A stretch of DNA of 64,000 nt from assembly GCF_032444005.1 (NCBI RefSeq), contig NC_091282.1, positions 766,506,001 to 766,570,000 on the forward strand. Direction: 5' to 3'. The notes beneath the pieces are model-generated. The model did no database searches. It had not been told where the DNA came from and saw only the letters and a list, made by a program, of their open reading frames with translations. Source of the stretch: Ranitomeya imitator (lineage: Eukaryota). Within the stretch, counting starts at the first letter, position 1, and every line of letters starts with the position of its first letter. Positions 10,801 to 22,800 of the stretch are shown one piece after another. The position numbers were made by a program, and so were the translations under genes.

Positions 10801-13800
10801 TCCAGAGTAGTACAGCAATGTGGCCAGTAGATGGCACCAACACACTGCTGGAAAAAGTACAACATAAAGTGTATGTTTCCACGTTCAGGAAACGCTGCGT
10901 TGAGGCGCAGCGTCAAACACGCAGCATCCAGATGTTACAGCATAGTGGAGGGGATTTCATGAAATCCTGTCTCCACTATGCATTAATAGACGCATGCGGC
11001 ATACCCGCGGAAGCACACATGTGGCGCGTCTTTTAAGAACGCAGCAGTTCCTTACATTGCTGAAACAACACAAGGACAACGCAGGTGACCTGCCAGTGAC
11101 CTCAGGTGCAGATTTGGTCAGGATTTTACCTGCATAAAATCCTGATGCAATCCTGAACGTGGACACATACCCTCAGAGCAAGTGGCAAAGAAATGGAATA
11201 ATGTGAGAAGTCACAGATCCGAAAGCAGCAGAGACCACGGGGAGACGTAATTATTAACACTGGACCCCTCCTGCCCCAGAGCTGCATAGTCTGCGTTGTC
11301 CAAGGGCTTGTCTGCCCTGGACTGTCCACACGTCTGTTGTATGTGGATCCAGGCACAATAGCAGGGTGGCAAAGGCTGGCCTATGCTTTCTGTAGAGATG
11401 GGGGGCCAAAGGGTGGGATAGAGGCCTGCTTCTGCAATCTGATTCAGGACCTCTATTGCTAGGGACTGACTACATGAGGTTACACAGTAGGGAGACACCT
11501 AGTGGCCAGTTTTTCTTTATCGCCTCTCATTGGGGGACACGGGAACCATGGGTGTATGCTGCTGCCACTAGGAGGCTGACACTATGCAAATAAAAAAGTT
11601 AGCTCCTCCTCTGCAGTGTACACCCCACCGACTGGCATTATACTCTTCAGTTTAGCTTAGTGTCAGTAGGAGGTGGACACGGGTCTTTCATTAGACCCTT
11701 ATCTACCTCAATGTGCGTCGTTTCCTTTACAGGTTTTTTCCGGATGGGATACAGGGTGAACAGTCAGACCTGTAGTCCCACAAAGCGGACTATGAGTACG
11801 GCGTGTACTGCCATCCCGTATCCTCATAGATCCTTCACCAGACCAAGATCCTAGCACACAAGCGTGCTCAGAAGTCCGGTCCTGGCTCCGTCCCCCACCC
11901 ACTCGCCTACCAGAGCCTGTCGGTCGGAGGAGACGAGGACGTCCATCAGCTCCCTGGACGTCTCAAACCCTTTCAAGGTTAGTACCGGCGTGGGATGTTT
12001 GGGTGAGTATTTTCCCCCTTCCCATCCCGGATCTTTGTTAGGGGGGGTTCTTGTTAGGGGCTCCCTGTCGCCTTTCTTCTTCCCTTTTACCAAGGGCCTT
12101 CTGTCTTCAGCGAGGGGCCCCCTTTTTAGGCCACCGCGCTCTATCCCCCCAGCACTTTCCGCGGCGCATTACCAGCGCTGCGGTTCTTACTCTGGGCACA
12201 TCTTCTGGCGCCGCAGCTCAGCTTCCTCAGCGCGGCAGCCCTGCGGGCTGTCGTGCCGCGTCTCCCTGCGGCGCATTGCTCTGGCGCCGCAGGAGGTGGT
12301 GTTCTGCGGCGCCCTTCAGCGTCGCAGCCCTGCAGGCTGTCGCGCCGCGTCTCCCTGCGGCACATTGCTGGCGCCGCAGGTGGGTGTTTTTTCTGCGGCG
12401 CCCTTCAGCGGCGCAGCCTAAGCAGGCTGCGGCGCCAGCCTTCCTCACGCCGCGTTGTTCCGGCGCTTTATTTCGGCGCCGCGGCTCTTTTTCTCGGCCG
12501 CCGGTTCCAAATTTAGGGCCTACTTCCGGTTTTCGGCCTCTTCATTTCCGCTCCTGCGGGCGGGCATTTTCCCGCCCGACATACTGCGCCCTGCCCACCG
12601 GCGCCTCTGCGTCTGGCTCCGCCCCCCCCCTTCCTCGTGGGACTCTCAGCCGGTGTGCGCCGCTTCACACAGCTGCAGCAGCCCTCGCAGTGCCTCACGC
12701 AGCGCGCCACACTTCTTCTGTGGGCTCAGCATCGCAACTCAGGGAAGTTCTCCACCAGAGGACAAGTGGGACATTCCAGGACCGGGTCCGTGAGTAGCTG
12801 CACTGCAGACTGACACCCTTCTCTGCCCCACTGTCCCCTAACCCACTGGCATCTTCAGGGGTCTCTCAAAATGTCTTCTAAAGGGGGCCGTTCTCGCCCC
12901 CCTACCTCTTCATCTTCTGCCTTAGTCACGTACTTTGCATGTTCATCCTGTAACAGCAAACTTCCCTCAGGTCAGTCCTCCCCGCTGTGTCAGTCCTGCA
13001 GCAACCCGATTGTTCCCACCGCCCAGGATCCCCCGGCTGTTCCACCCGAGAGTGATTCCCCCCATCCCAGGCTGGGCCGCCTCTCTGTCACAATCGGTGG
13101 CCGATTTGACACGGGTGTCTCAAACCCTGGTGTCCGTCCTGGATCGGTTACCTCTGCAGACCCCTGCAGTGGCCAGCGGGTCGCAGGAACCGCCGCCCGA
13201 GCCCTCCTTAATAAGCCACAAAAGGTCCAGACAGGAACGTCGGTCTGAGTCCTCTTCTCGTTCCATCTCGCCGCACGGCCCTCCCCCGCGGTTGGTGTCC
13301 CACCGATCCTCCTCCCCTGAGTCAGGCGAGGCATTATCTGATGCGCCCTCAGAGGATATTTCGGAGCTGGATCCTAACCAAATCGCCACCATGAGTGAGA
13401 CGGTCCAGAACCTCATTGGGGCTATAAACCAGACCTGTGGCATCAAGGATCCCTCTACGGAACCCGCAGATCAGGCGGTTTCGTTTAGACGGGCCAAACC
13501 ACCTTCAAAATTTTTCGCTCCTCATCCTGAATTCGAGGAAATCTTGTTCAGAGAGAGAGAGAATCCGACCAGACGTTTTCAGAGGGGAAAACGCCTGGGG
13601 GTGTTGTATCCTTTTTCACCAGAACTTACCGCCAATTGGACGGTCTCTCCCTCGGTGGATCCCCCTGTTTCCAGGCTGTCCACCAACACTGTGCTTCCAC
13701 TGTCCGGCGGAGCATCTCTGAAGGATTCTAACGATAGAGTTATAGAATCCTTCGCGAAATCTGCTTTTGAAGCGGCTTCAGCAGCTCTATGTCCAGCTTT

Positions 13801-16800
13801 TGCTTCCACTTGGGCTTCAAAATCCATCTCAAAATGGGCCAAGGATCTACGGCGAGGTATCCTGGACGGGGCGCCTCCCGCGCAATTAGCGGAACTTGCC
13901 AACCAGATTTCCCACGCTGGTGAATACCTGGTTTCCGCCTCCCTGGATGTCGCGTCTTGTGCGGCTCAGGCTTCCAGCAATGCCGTTGCCATCCGCCGGA
14001 CCGTTTGGCTCAAGGCCTGGCAGGCGGACTTGTCCTCCAAAAAGTCCCTCACTAGTCTGCCCTTCCAGGGCTCTCGTCTCTTTGGTTCCCAACTGGACCA
14101 AATCATTAAGGACGCCACCGGGGGTACAAGCTCTCTTCTCCCCCAGGCTAAGCCTCGTCGCCCTCCTCCTAGACGGCAGTTTCGTTCTTTTCGGCCTTTT
14201 CGTCGCTTCGCTGCATCAAACTCCTTTTCCCAGCAGCAACAGAGGCCACAGGCACGTCAAGAGAAGAAGGCGGTGTCCTTCAGGCCCACTCCGTCCTGGC
14301 GTCCTCGTTTTTCCCAGGGTAGATCATCCAGGCCCAGGACTGGAAGATCCACCTCCGCATGACTCTTGGCAGGACTCCAGCCCAACTCCCAGGTTGGGCG
14401 GCCGTCTTCTCCGTTTCAGGGACGTCTGGATCTCCGCAGTAGAGGATGCATGGGTCAGGGAAGTTGTATCCTCGGGATACAAGATAGAGTTCGCCTCCCG
14501 ACCCAGGGATCGTTTCTTCCAATCCCGTCCTCCAAGAGATCCCGCTCTAGTGCCGGGCTTCTTCGCAGCCATCGCTTCTCTGCTCGAATCCGGGGTAATC
14601 GTCCCCGTCCCAGAAAAGGAACGGTACACGGGTTTCTACTCGAACCTTTTTGTGGTACCGAAAAAAGACGGCAAGGTTCGTCCCATTCTGGACCTCAAAT
14701 TGCTGAACAGGAGGGTTCGCCTGAGACACTTCAGGATGGAATCCCTTCATTCAGTAATTGCTTCCATGGAGGCTCAGGAATTTCTATGCTCTATAGATAT
14801 CCAGGACGCCTACCTACACGTTCCGATATTTCCCGGACATCTCCGTTTCCTGCGATTCGCAGTGCAACGAGATCATTTTCAGTTCGTCGCCCTGCCGTTC
14901 GGTCTCGCAACCGCGCCAAGGGTGTTCACGAAGATCATGGCGGCGCTGATGGCCATCTTGAGAGTCAGAGGCTTGGTCCTTTTTCCATACCTCGACGACA
15001 TCCTCATCAAGGCTCCGTCCTTTCCTCAGGCCCACGAAAGCCTGTCCATTGTTCTCGACTCCTTAGCCCGTTTCGGGTGGCTGGTCAACCGGAAGAAGTC
15101 CTGCCTTATTCCTTCTCAGCGCATCATCTTTTTGGGCATGCTTTTCGACACTCGCTCAACTGGTGGCTGACGTCACCTCTCATCTCCCAGGGCAGGTCCT
15201 TCCTTCCAGTCCACTGGCAGGTGGTGACTACGGACGCCAGCCTGATCGGCTGGGGTGCGGTTTTTCGCCACCTGACTGTTCAGGGCCGTTGGTCGCCGCA
15301 GGAGTCTTCTCTGCCGATCAACGTCCTCGAAATTCGGGCCATCTTTCTGTCCCTCCGCCACTGGGAAAGGATCCTCAGGGGCCTTCCAGTCCGGATCCAG
15401 ACGGACAACGCCATGGCTGTGGCATATGTCAACCATCAGGGGGGGACCCGGAGCTCCTTAGCTCTTGCCGAGGTATCAAAGATCCTCCTTTGGGCAGAGG
15501 CGACGGTTCCAGTGATATCCGCGATGCATATCCCTGGCGTGGACAACTGGGCCGCCGACTTCCTCAGCCGCGAGGGTCTCGCGGCAGGGGAATGGTCCTT
15601 GCATCCGGAGGTCTTCCATCGGATTTGTCTTCGATGGGGGACTCCGGACGTGGATCTCACGGCATCCCGAATGAACAGGAAGGTTCCGCAGTTCGTCTCC
15701 AGGTCTCGCGATCCCCTCGCAGTGGGCGTCGATGCTCTGGCCATTCCTTGGTCACAGTTCGAGCTGCCCTACCTGTTCCCACCCCTTCCATTACTTCCCA
15801 AACTGTTGAAGGTCAAAGCGGAAGGGGTGCCGGTCATCCTGATCGCCCCGGATTGGCCCAGGAGAGCTTGGTTCGCGGAGCTCGTCAACCTTCTCGCGGA
15901 CGCTCCCTGGCGCCTTCCAGACAGGCCCGATCTGCTGTCCCAGAGTCCGATCTGCCACCCGAGTTCTCGGTCGCTCAGTTTAACGGCGTGGCTGTTGAGA
16001 CCGCGGTTCTAAGAGTGTCCGGCCTTTCGAACCGGGTGATTCACACCATGATTCAAGCTCGGAAGCCTTCGTCTTCCAGGATCTACTACCGCACCTGGAA
16101 GGCTTACTTCCGTTGGTGCGAGTCCAACCGCGTTCCGCCTATGGTTTTTTCCCTGCCTTCGCTTTTGGCCTTTCTTCAGGCAGGACTGGATTCGGGCCTG
16201 GCTCTTAGCTCCCTGAAGGGTCAGGTCTCTGCGCTTTCCATCCTCTTTCAGAAGTCCTTGGCCTCTCGGCCACAGGTTAAGACCTTCTTTCAAGGAGTAG
16301 CCCACGCTGTCCCGCCGTACAGGGCCCCTGTGGACGCATGGGACTTAAACCTGGTACTGGACATTCTGAGGGTTTCTCCCTTTGAGCCTCTTAGGGAGAT
16401 TCCTCTATCGGTTCTTTCTTGGAAGGTGACCCTTCTTGTGGCCATCACGTCTATTCGCCGCGTTTCCGAGTTGGCAGCCTTGTCTTGCCGTCCTCCGTTT
16501 TTGGTCATTCACCAGGACAAGGTGGTCTTCAGGCCTCCACCTTCCTTCCTTCCTAAGGTGGTTTCCACCTTCCACCTCAACGAGGACATCGTTCTTCCTT
16601 CCTTTTGTCCAGCTCCGACCCATCCTCTGGAGCGATCGTTGAACAAGCTAGACCTTGTCAGGGCAGTGAGGATCTATCTGGATAGAACATCCTCCTTCCG
16701 GAAGACGGATTCTTTTTTTCGTCATTCCTGATGGCACGCGCAGAGGCCAGCCGGCTTCCAAAGCGACCATTGCTCGATGGATCAGAATGGCAATTTTGGA

Positions 16801-19800
16801 GGCTTACCGGGTCAAGAACAGAGTGCCCCCTTCTGGGATTAAGGCTCACTCTACCCGGGCAGTCGGCGCCTCCTGGGCGGTGCACCACAGGGCTTCCGCC
16901 CTACAGCTTTGCAAAGTGGCAACTTGGTCTTCCATCCACACGTTCGCCAAATTTTACAAGGTCCATACCTACGCTTCGGCGGACGCCAGCCTAGGCAGAA
17001 GGATCTTGCAGGCGGCAGTGGTGAGTCCTCTGACCTGATGGAAGTCTGTTTTTCCCGCCCTTGGGACTGCTTTGGGACGTCCCATGGTTCCTGTGTCCCC
17101 CAATGAGAGGCGATAAAGAAAACAGGATTTTTGGTTGCTTACCGTAAAATCTGTTTCTTGAAGCCTCCATTGGGGGACACAGCTCCCTCCCAATGTTTCT
17201 GTTATATGTTCTCTGACTGTTCTCAGTTTACAGTTCTCAAGTTTGTGGTTATGGTTCTTCAACCTTGTTCATTATCTCCTACTGCTTTCTCACTAACTGA
17301 AGAGTATAATGCCAGTCGGTGGGGTGTACACTGCAGAGGAGGAGCTAACTTTTTTATTTGCATAGTGTCAGCCTCCTAGTGGCAGCAGCATACACCCATG
17401 GTTCCTGTGTCCCCCAATGGAGGCTTCAATAAACAGATTTTACGGTAAGCAACCAAAAATCCTGTTTTTGTGTGCGAGTGGAGGGTAGGGTGAAAACAAT
17501 ATTTGTGCAGATTTGGCTGTTGCGTTTGCCATGAATTTAGCCTGACTTAATTGAAACACCAGCGATCTTTTAAGTGATGGCATAGTCTCCCTGCAGCCAC
17601 CATTAGAGGGAGCTTCCTGCATACTGGGATATTAAGGTCAATGTGCATGCGCTGGGCTCCCTCTAGTGGTGGGTGGCTGCAGGTATTACACATTGATCCA
17701 TTAATCAGAATAACACCGCTCTGACCACAATGAACATATGTGAAGTTCTGACTTTGTTTTTCACCATCTTTAGATGAATAAGGAATGGTGTCTGGGGGCT
17801 GTAGACTATATACAGTGTATTCCTGAATCCTTCTTTGTCTATTTCCAGGAATTCCTTGTTGCCGTGGGACTGCGAGGGGCGACTCTGAAACACCGGGTTC
17901 TTCAGTCAGAGCGCACGTGGCATGAGCAGGTCTCCTTTATCTTGTCTGATTAATATGGCTGCATTTAAAGGGACTGAATATTGGTGGAACCGGCCCATAC
18001 TGATCACATGATGTGTTTGTATGTGCTTTGCAGATATTACAGTTCCTGAATATTTCAGATGAGCCCGTTTTGGGCTATAGCCCTCCTACCTCCATTACCA
18101 CCTTCCATGTTCACCTCTGGAGCTGTGCTTTGGATTACAGGTAATGAACCTCATCACACACAACTGAGCCGCCATAGAGCTGTGAGCTCAGCCCTCTCTA
18201 TACGGTGCAGGCGGCGTCTGTGTTATACAGCTGGCACCCGAGAGCGACCCCTGTGATCAGTGCCAGCCCCAATCACGCAGCCTAACCTCTGCACTGCAGC
18301 TGTCAATCATGGCTGTGGCATTGAAGAGGATAGAAATGAAAAATAAAAAATCGACAAGTGTCTGCATCTCTCGGGTTAATGGAGCTCGATGTGTCCTGAT
18401 CCGTCCCGTCTTTCGCAGGCCTCTGTACTTGCCGATAAGAGCGCTGCTGACGGTGGAGACCTTCAGTATTTCCTGCAGCGTCGCTCTGGATAAATCCTCC
18501 TCCAGTCTCCGGTAAGGACCTGTCCATGGATCCCCTTCTCTGACCCAGCTGCGGTGGTCCGCTCTGTGCCGGAGATTCTCAGCACGATAACTCCTTCGCC
18601 TCGTCTCATTTTCAGGATTATCCTGGACGAGGCGGCCCTGCATTTATCGGACCGGTGTAACGCCGTGTCGGTCAACCTGAGCCGAGGTGAGTGATAATTG
18701 CATGGACGGCCTGAGATAACGACCATCCGATCCTTTAAGCCCCAAGACGTGGAAACGTCTTATTTAGCACTCCGTCCGGTCTTAGTTTCTGCACCTTGCT
18801 AATGTATGTGTGCATCCACTTTGTATCCTTTCCATGATGTTTTCTTGCGGTCATTGAACGGAGACATTCTTCGTTTACCGTAATGGGAGTGCACATAATC
18901 CCCTTCCAAAGTATCCAGAGAAAATTTTTTTTTTAAAAATCCTTCCCGGATCAGAATCGTTGGGACCGTCTCGAACAGCTGCAGCCAATCATAAGCTTGT
19001 GATTGACTGCAGGCTACACAACTCCGTCACGACTGCGCTGACATTGCTGGAACTGTGTGGGTCCCGCAGGAGAGCATATTTTTACTTTTATCTGGGGGCA
19101 CATAAGCATTTCAGATGATGGTGTGAGACCCGGGGACATTTTACAGCCTTTGAGTGGCGGTGGGGAAAGAGTTTTCATCCACTGACGGCAAGCAGAGATA
19201 TTAACACAAGGGTGAGGAGGAGTATTCAGTCTTTTCGTTGACACTAATCTTTTGTTTTCCAGATTACGTCCGTGTTCTGGACATGGGGCTACTAGAACTG
19301 ACGATACTGGCGGTAAAGTTTGGAGAAGAGGTAACCTTCTCTGCATATATGGTGGCTGCCACTGTGTATGTGACCTGGGGGGCATTTGTCAGACCCCCGG
19401 GCCGCCATGTAAACCCATCCACAACCTGGGTACTGGTTGGGTGATGGGAGGAGGGAAAGGGTTCCCTTTAAGGGGTTGGCAGCCATGATGACAGGCGACT
19501 CCGATCCTTGCCTTTTGGCTGGAGGCTACGCCGGACGTCAGTGCTTTGCCTTCCTACAAATGGAGAATCTTCTCCATCCGCGGTAATGATCCTTTTTTTT
19601 TTTTTTTTTTTCAAATAAATTTTTATTAAGAATAACAAGATAAATGACATGTTACATTCTCATTTTCAATACAAAGCTTCCCCCCCCCCTTCAAACATTC
19701 CCCTTCAATCTCACCACCCCCCAACCCCACCCAACAAAGCAGCTCACCTTGCTTAGCACTTCCATCATTAGACCAATATACTATCTAATCCCTCGGCCAA

Positions 19801-22800
19801 TAATATAAGCCACATTTAACATTACCATTAATTAGGAACCTTAATTAACTCTCCCTCTATAATACCCCTATCCCATAGCAATCCACGGAGACCACATTTT
19901 ATTGAACATTTCGATTTTCCCTCTTTTTTTATAAAACCCCTTTTCCAGTGTCAGGCCCTGCTTCACATACTGGAGGACCTCTCCTCTTGACGGCGGTTCT
20001 TCCCTAATCCAGTTTCGAGCTATCACCTTCCTAGCCATGTATAACAATCTGGCAATAGCTATCTTTAGGTTGTTATCCACTCCAATCTCATCCACACATC
20101 CCAACAAGCACACTATAGGATCCCTTGGCACCGTGCATCCATACGCACCTTCCATACGACTCAAAACTACCACCCAAAAAGCAGCCAGTCTCGGACACGT
20201 CCACATCATATGGAGTATATCCGCATCTGCAGTTTTACACCTCGGGCATTCAGAATCATCACGCAAACCAGCCTTATATAGCACCATCGGTGACTTATAA
20301 ACCCTGTGTATCACATAGAGCTGTGACAGTCTATACGGTTCGCTCAGTGACAATCGTGGGACCCATTCTAGTACCGACTCCCAAGTCTCATTCTCCATTG
20401 GACCCAGATCCCTCTCCCACTTAGCTCTCGCCATTATTGGAAACCCCAATAGGAAAGTGTGCAACAGATCTTTATACAAATTAGATATGACCCCCCCCCC
20501 AGTAGTCCCTTCATTACACACATACTCCAGTACTATATCCCTCTGAATTCCAATACCTCCGTTTCTACTCTGAGCGCCAAAAGCATGCCTCATCCGCAAA
20601 TACTGATACTCCCCTGCAGACCCAAGACCAAATTCCGCCTGCAATTGGGAAAATGATTTCAATTCACCTCGCTCAATTATTTGATACACGTATTGAATCC
20701 CTTTGACTTGCCATTCTGTCAGTACCCCCAGTGCCTCAAACTCCTGTAAGTTGCTGTTATGCCATAGCGGTGAGAATCTAGTCAAATCCGTGACCCCCCG
20801 TATATGTCTCAGCCTACCCCACAGCCTGCGTATCAACAACAGTCAGGTATAATTTCCCCAGAGCCCCCAGGGATCCATCCTCCAAACATTGTACCACTGG
20901 CCTTCTTATTGTCACCACTTCCTTCAGCCGCTGTACCGCCCCAGATGACCCTTCATGCGCCCAGCCTTTTAAATGCTGACTCTGGGCTGCAAGAAAATAT
21001 GTTTCAGGGTTAGGCAATGCCAGTCCCCCATCTTCCTTGGGTCGCTGAAGTGTCTCCAGTTTGATACGCGGATGCTGTCTCCCCCATATCAAATTCCTGA
21101 ACAGAGAGTTAATCTGTCTAAATCTCCCGCGTGGTATCCAAACTGGCGCATTATGAAGAATATACAGTATTTTTGGCATCAAAATCATTTTAATAAGATT
21201 CACCCTACCTACCACAGATAAATGCAGTTTAAGCCAAGCATCCGCTTTCGCTTTAAGAACACCTAACATTGGAGTCAGATTTCTATGTATATAGTCAGTA
21301 ACAGGCATAGATACCCATATTCCAAGGTACTTAAATTGGCTAGTCACCTCCAGTCGCCCATCCTCCAGTGGCTCCCCACCATCATCATCCACCTTAAACA
21401 AGACAGACTTACTCCAGTTTATCCTAAGTCCCGACACCGATCCGAAACGCTCAATAATCCCAATGGCTCCCTCCAAGGACGTACCCGGGTCAGCCAGAAA
21501 TAGCAGAATGTCATCCGCATACAACGCCACCCTTTCTTCAATCATCCCATATTTAAACCCAGTCACCTCATCAGACTGTCGAAGCTTAGCAGCCAGTGGT
21601 TCCACAGCCAGAGCAAACAAAAGAGGAGAGAGCGGACACCCCTGTCTCGTCCCTCTAGCCAGTTGTATGGTCCGTGATTACTCCCCATTTACCCTAACCC
21701 TAGCCATCGGCATCGAGTACATCAGTCGAATCCAGGATATGAACTGCGGTCCAAACCCCATACTCCGGAGCACCTGCCAGAGATACCCCCACTCCACACT
21801 ATCGAACGCCTTATGAGCATCTAAAGATGCAATAACTCTCTGGCCACAGTTGTCGGATCTGAGTTGCAAATATACAGCCTTCGTAAGTTGATCGCAGTGG
21901 ACCGATCAGGCATAAAGCCGGACTGGTCTGAGTGCACCAGGCCGGAAATAACACTTGTCAACCTCATCGCCAACACCTTAGCCAGGAGTTTAACGTCGAT
22001 AGTAAGCAAGGAGATCGGCCGATATGAATCCGGCTGTGTCGGGTCCTTCCCCTCCTTAGGAATCACCACTATTATGGCCTCCCGCATAGATGCCGGTAGA
22101 CGACCGCCACTCCTAGCCTCCTCCAGAAGTACCCTTAATTTAGGGATCAGCACTTCCCCAAAGTTTTTATAAATTTCAGCAGGAAATCCATCTACGCCAG
22201 GTGCCTTCCCATTAGCCATAGACTGCAGTGCCCGACCCAACTCCTCCTCCGTGATGGGAGCTTCCAAATCTTCTCTATCTATGTCACTCAGCCTTGGGAG
22301 CTCCAATTCCTCAAGGAACGCCACCGTGTCCTCCACCGACCCATCTACCTGAGAGGAATATAGGTCCACATAAAAATCCGCAAAAATGTCTAAAATCTCA
22401 GAGACAGCCACACCGCTCCCCGATACCAAAGAATGAACAAAGGAAGTGTTTCTCTGGGCAGAAGCCACCATCGATAGCAAATGACCCACAGATTCGCCCT
22501 CCTGGTAAAAAGCCAGATTCATGAATTCCCTCTTCCTTTCAGCCTTACCGAGCAATACCTCCTCCAACTGACTCTGAGCTGCCTTTAGCCTCCTCCCAGC
22601 TTCCGGAGTACCCGCTATTACCATCTCATCTTCGGCTATCCTCAGCCCTTCAACCGCCAACCTCTCTGTCTCTCTTGATTTCCTCTTACACCTGCTAATA
22701 TCCCTGAACAGCAGTCCCCTCAAGTACGCCTTCATGGCTTCCCACACAGTAAGAACATCTACACTTCCCTCGTTAATCTCAAAAAATTCCACCAACTCCT

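Larger units (their letters stand above)
11511..17468 (+). mobile_element. DIRS1-type retrotransposon, copy 2 (same family as copy 1)
   Basis: Same ITRs, ICR at 17082-17182 with an AAAA junction at 17119-17122, same three ORFs; different flanks (ggccag-TTTT-tgtgtg). Confidence 0.96.

Noticed and set aside
578-17468. The two similar 6-kb blocks as a segmental duplication or assembly duplication
   Set aside because: Similarity stops exactly at the element termini, the flanks are unrelated, and each copy has private indels and substitutions.
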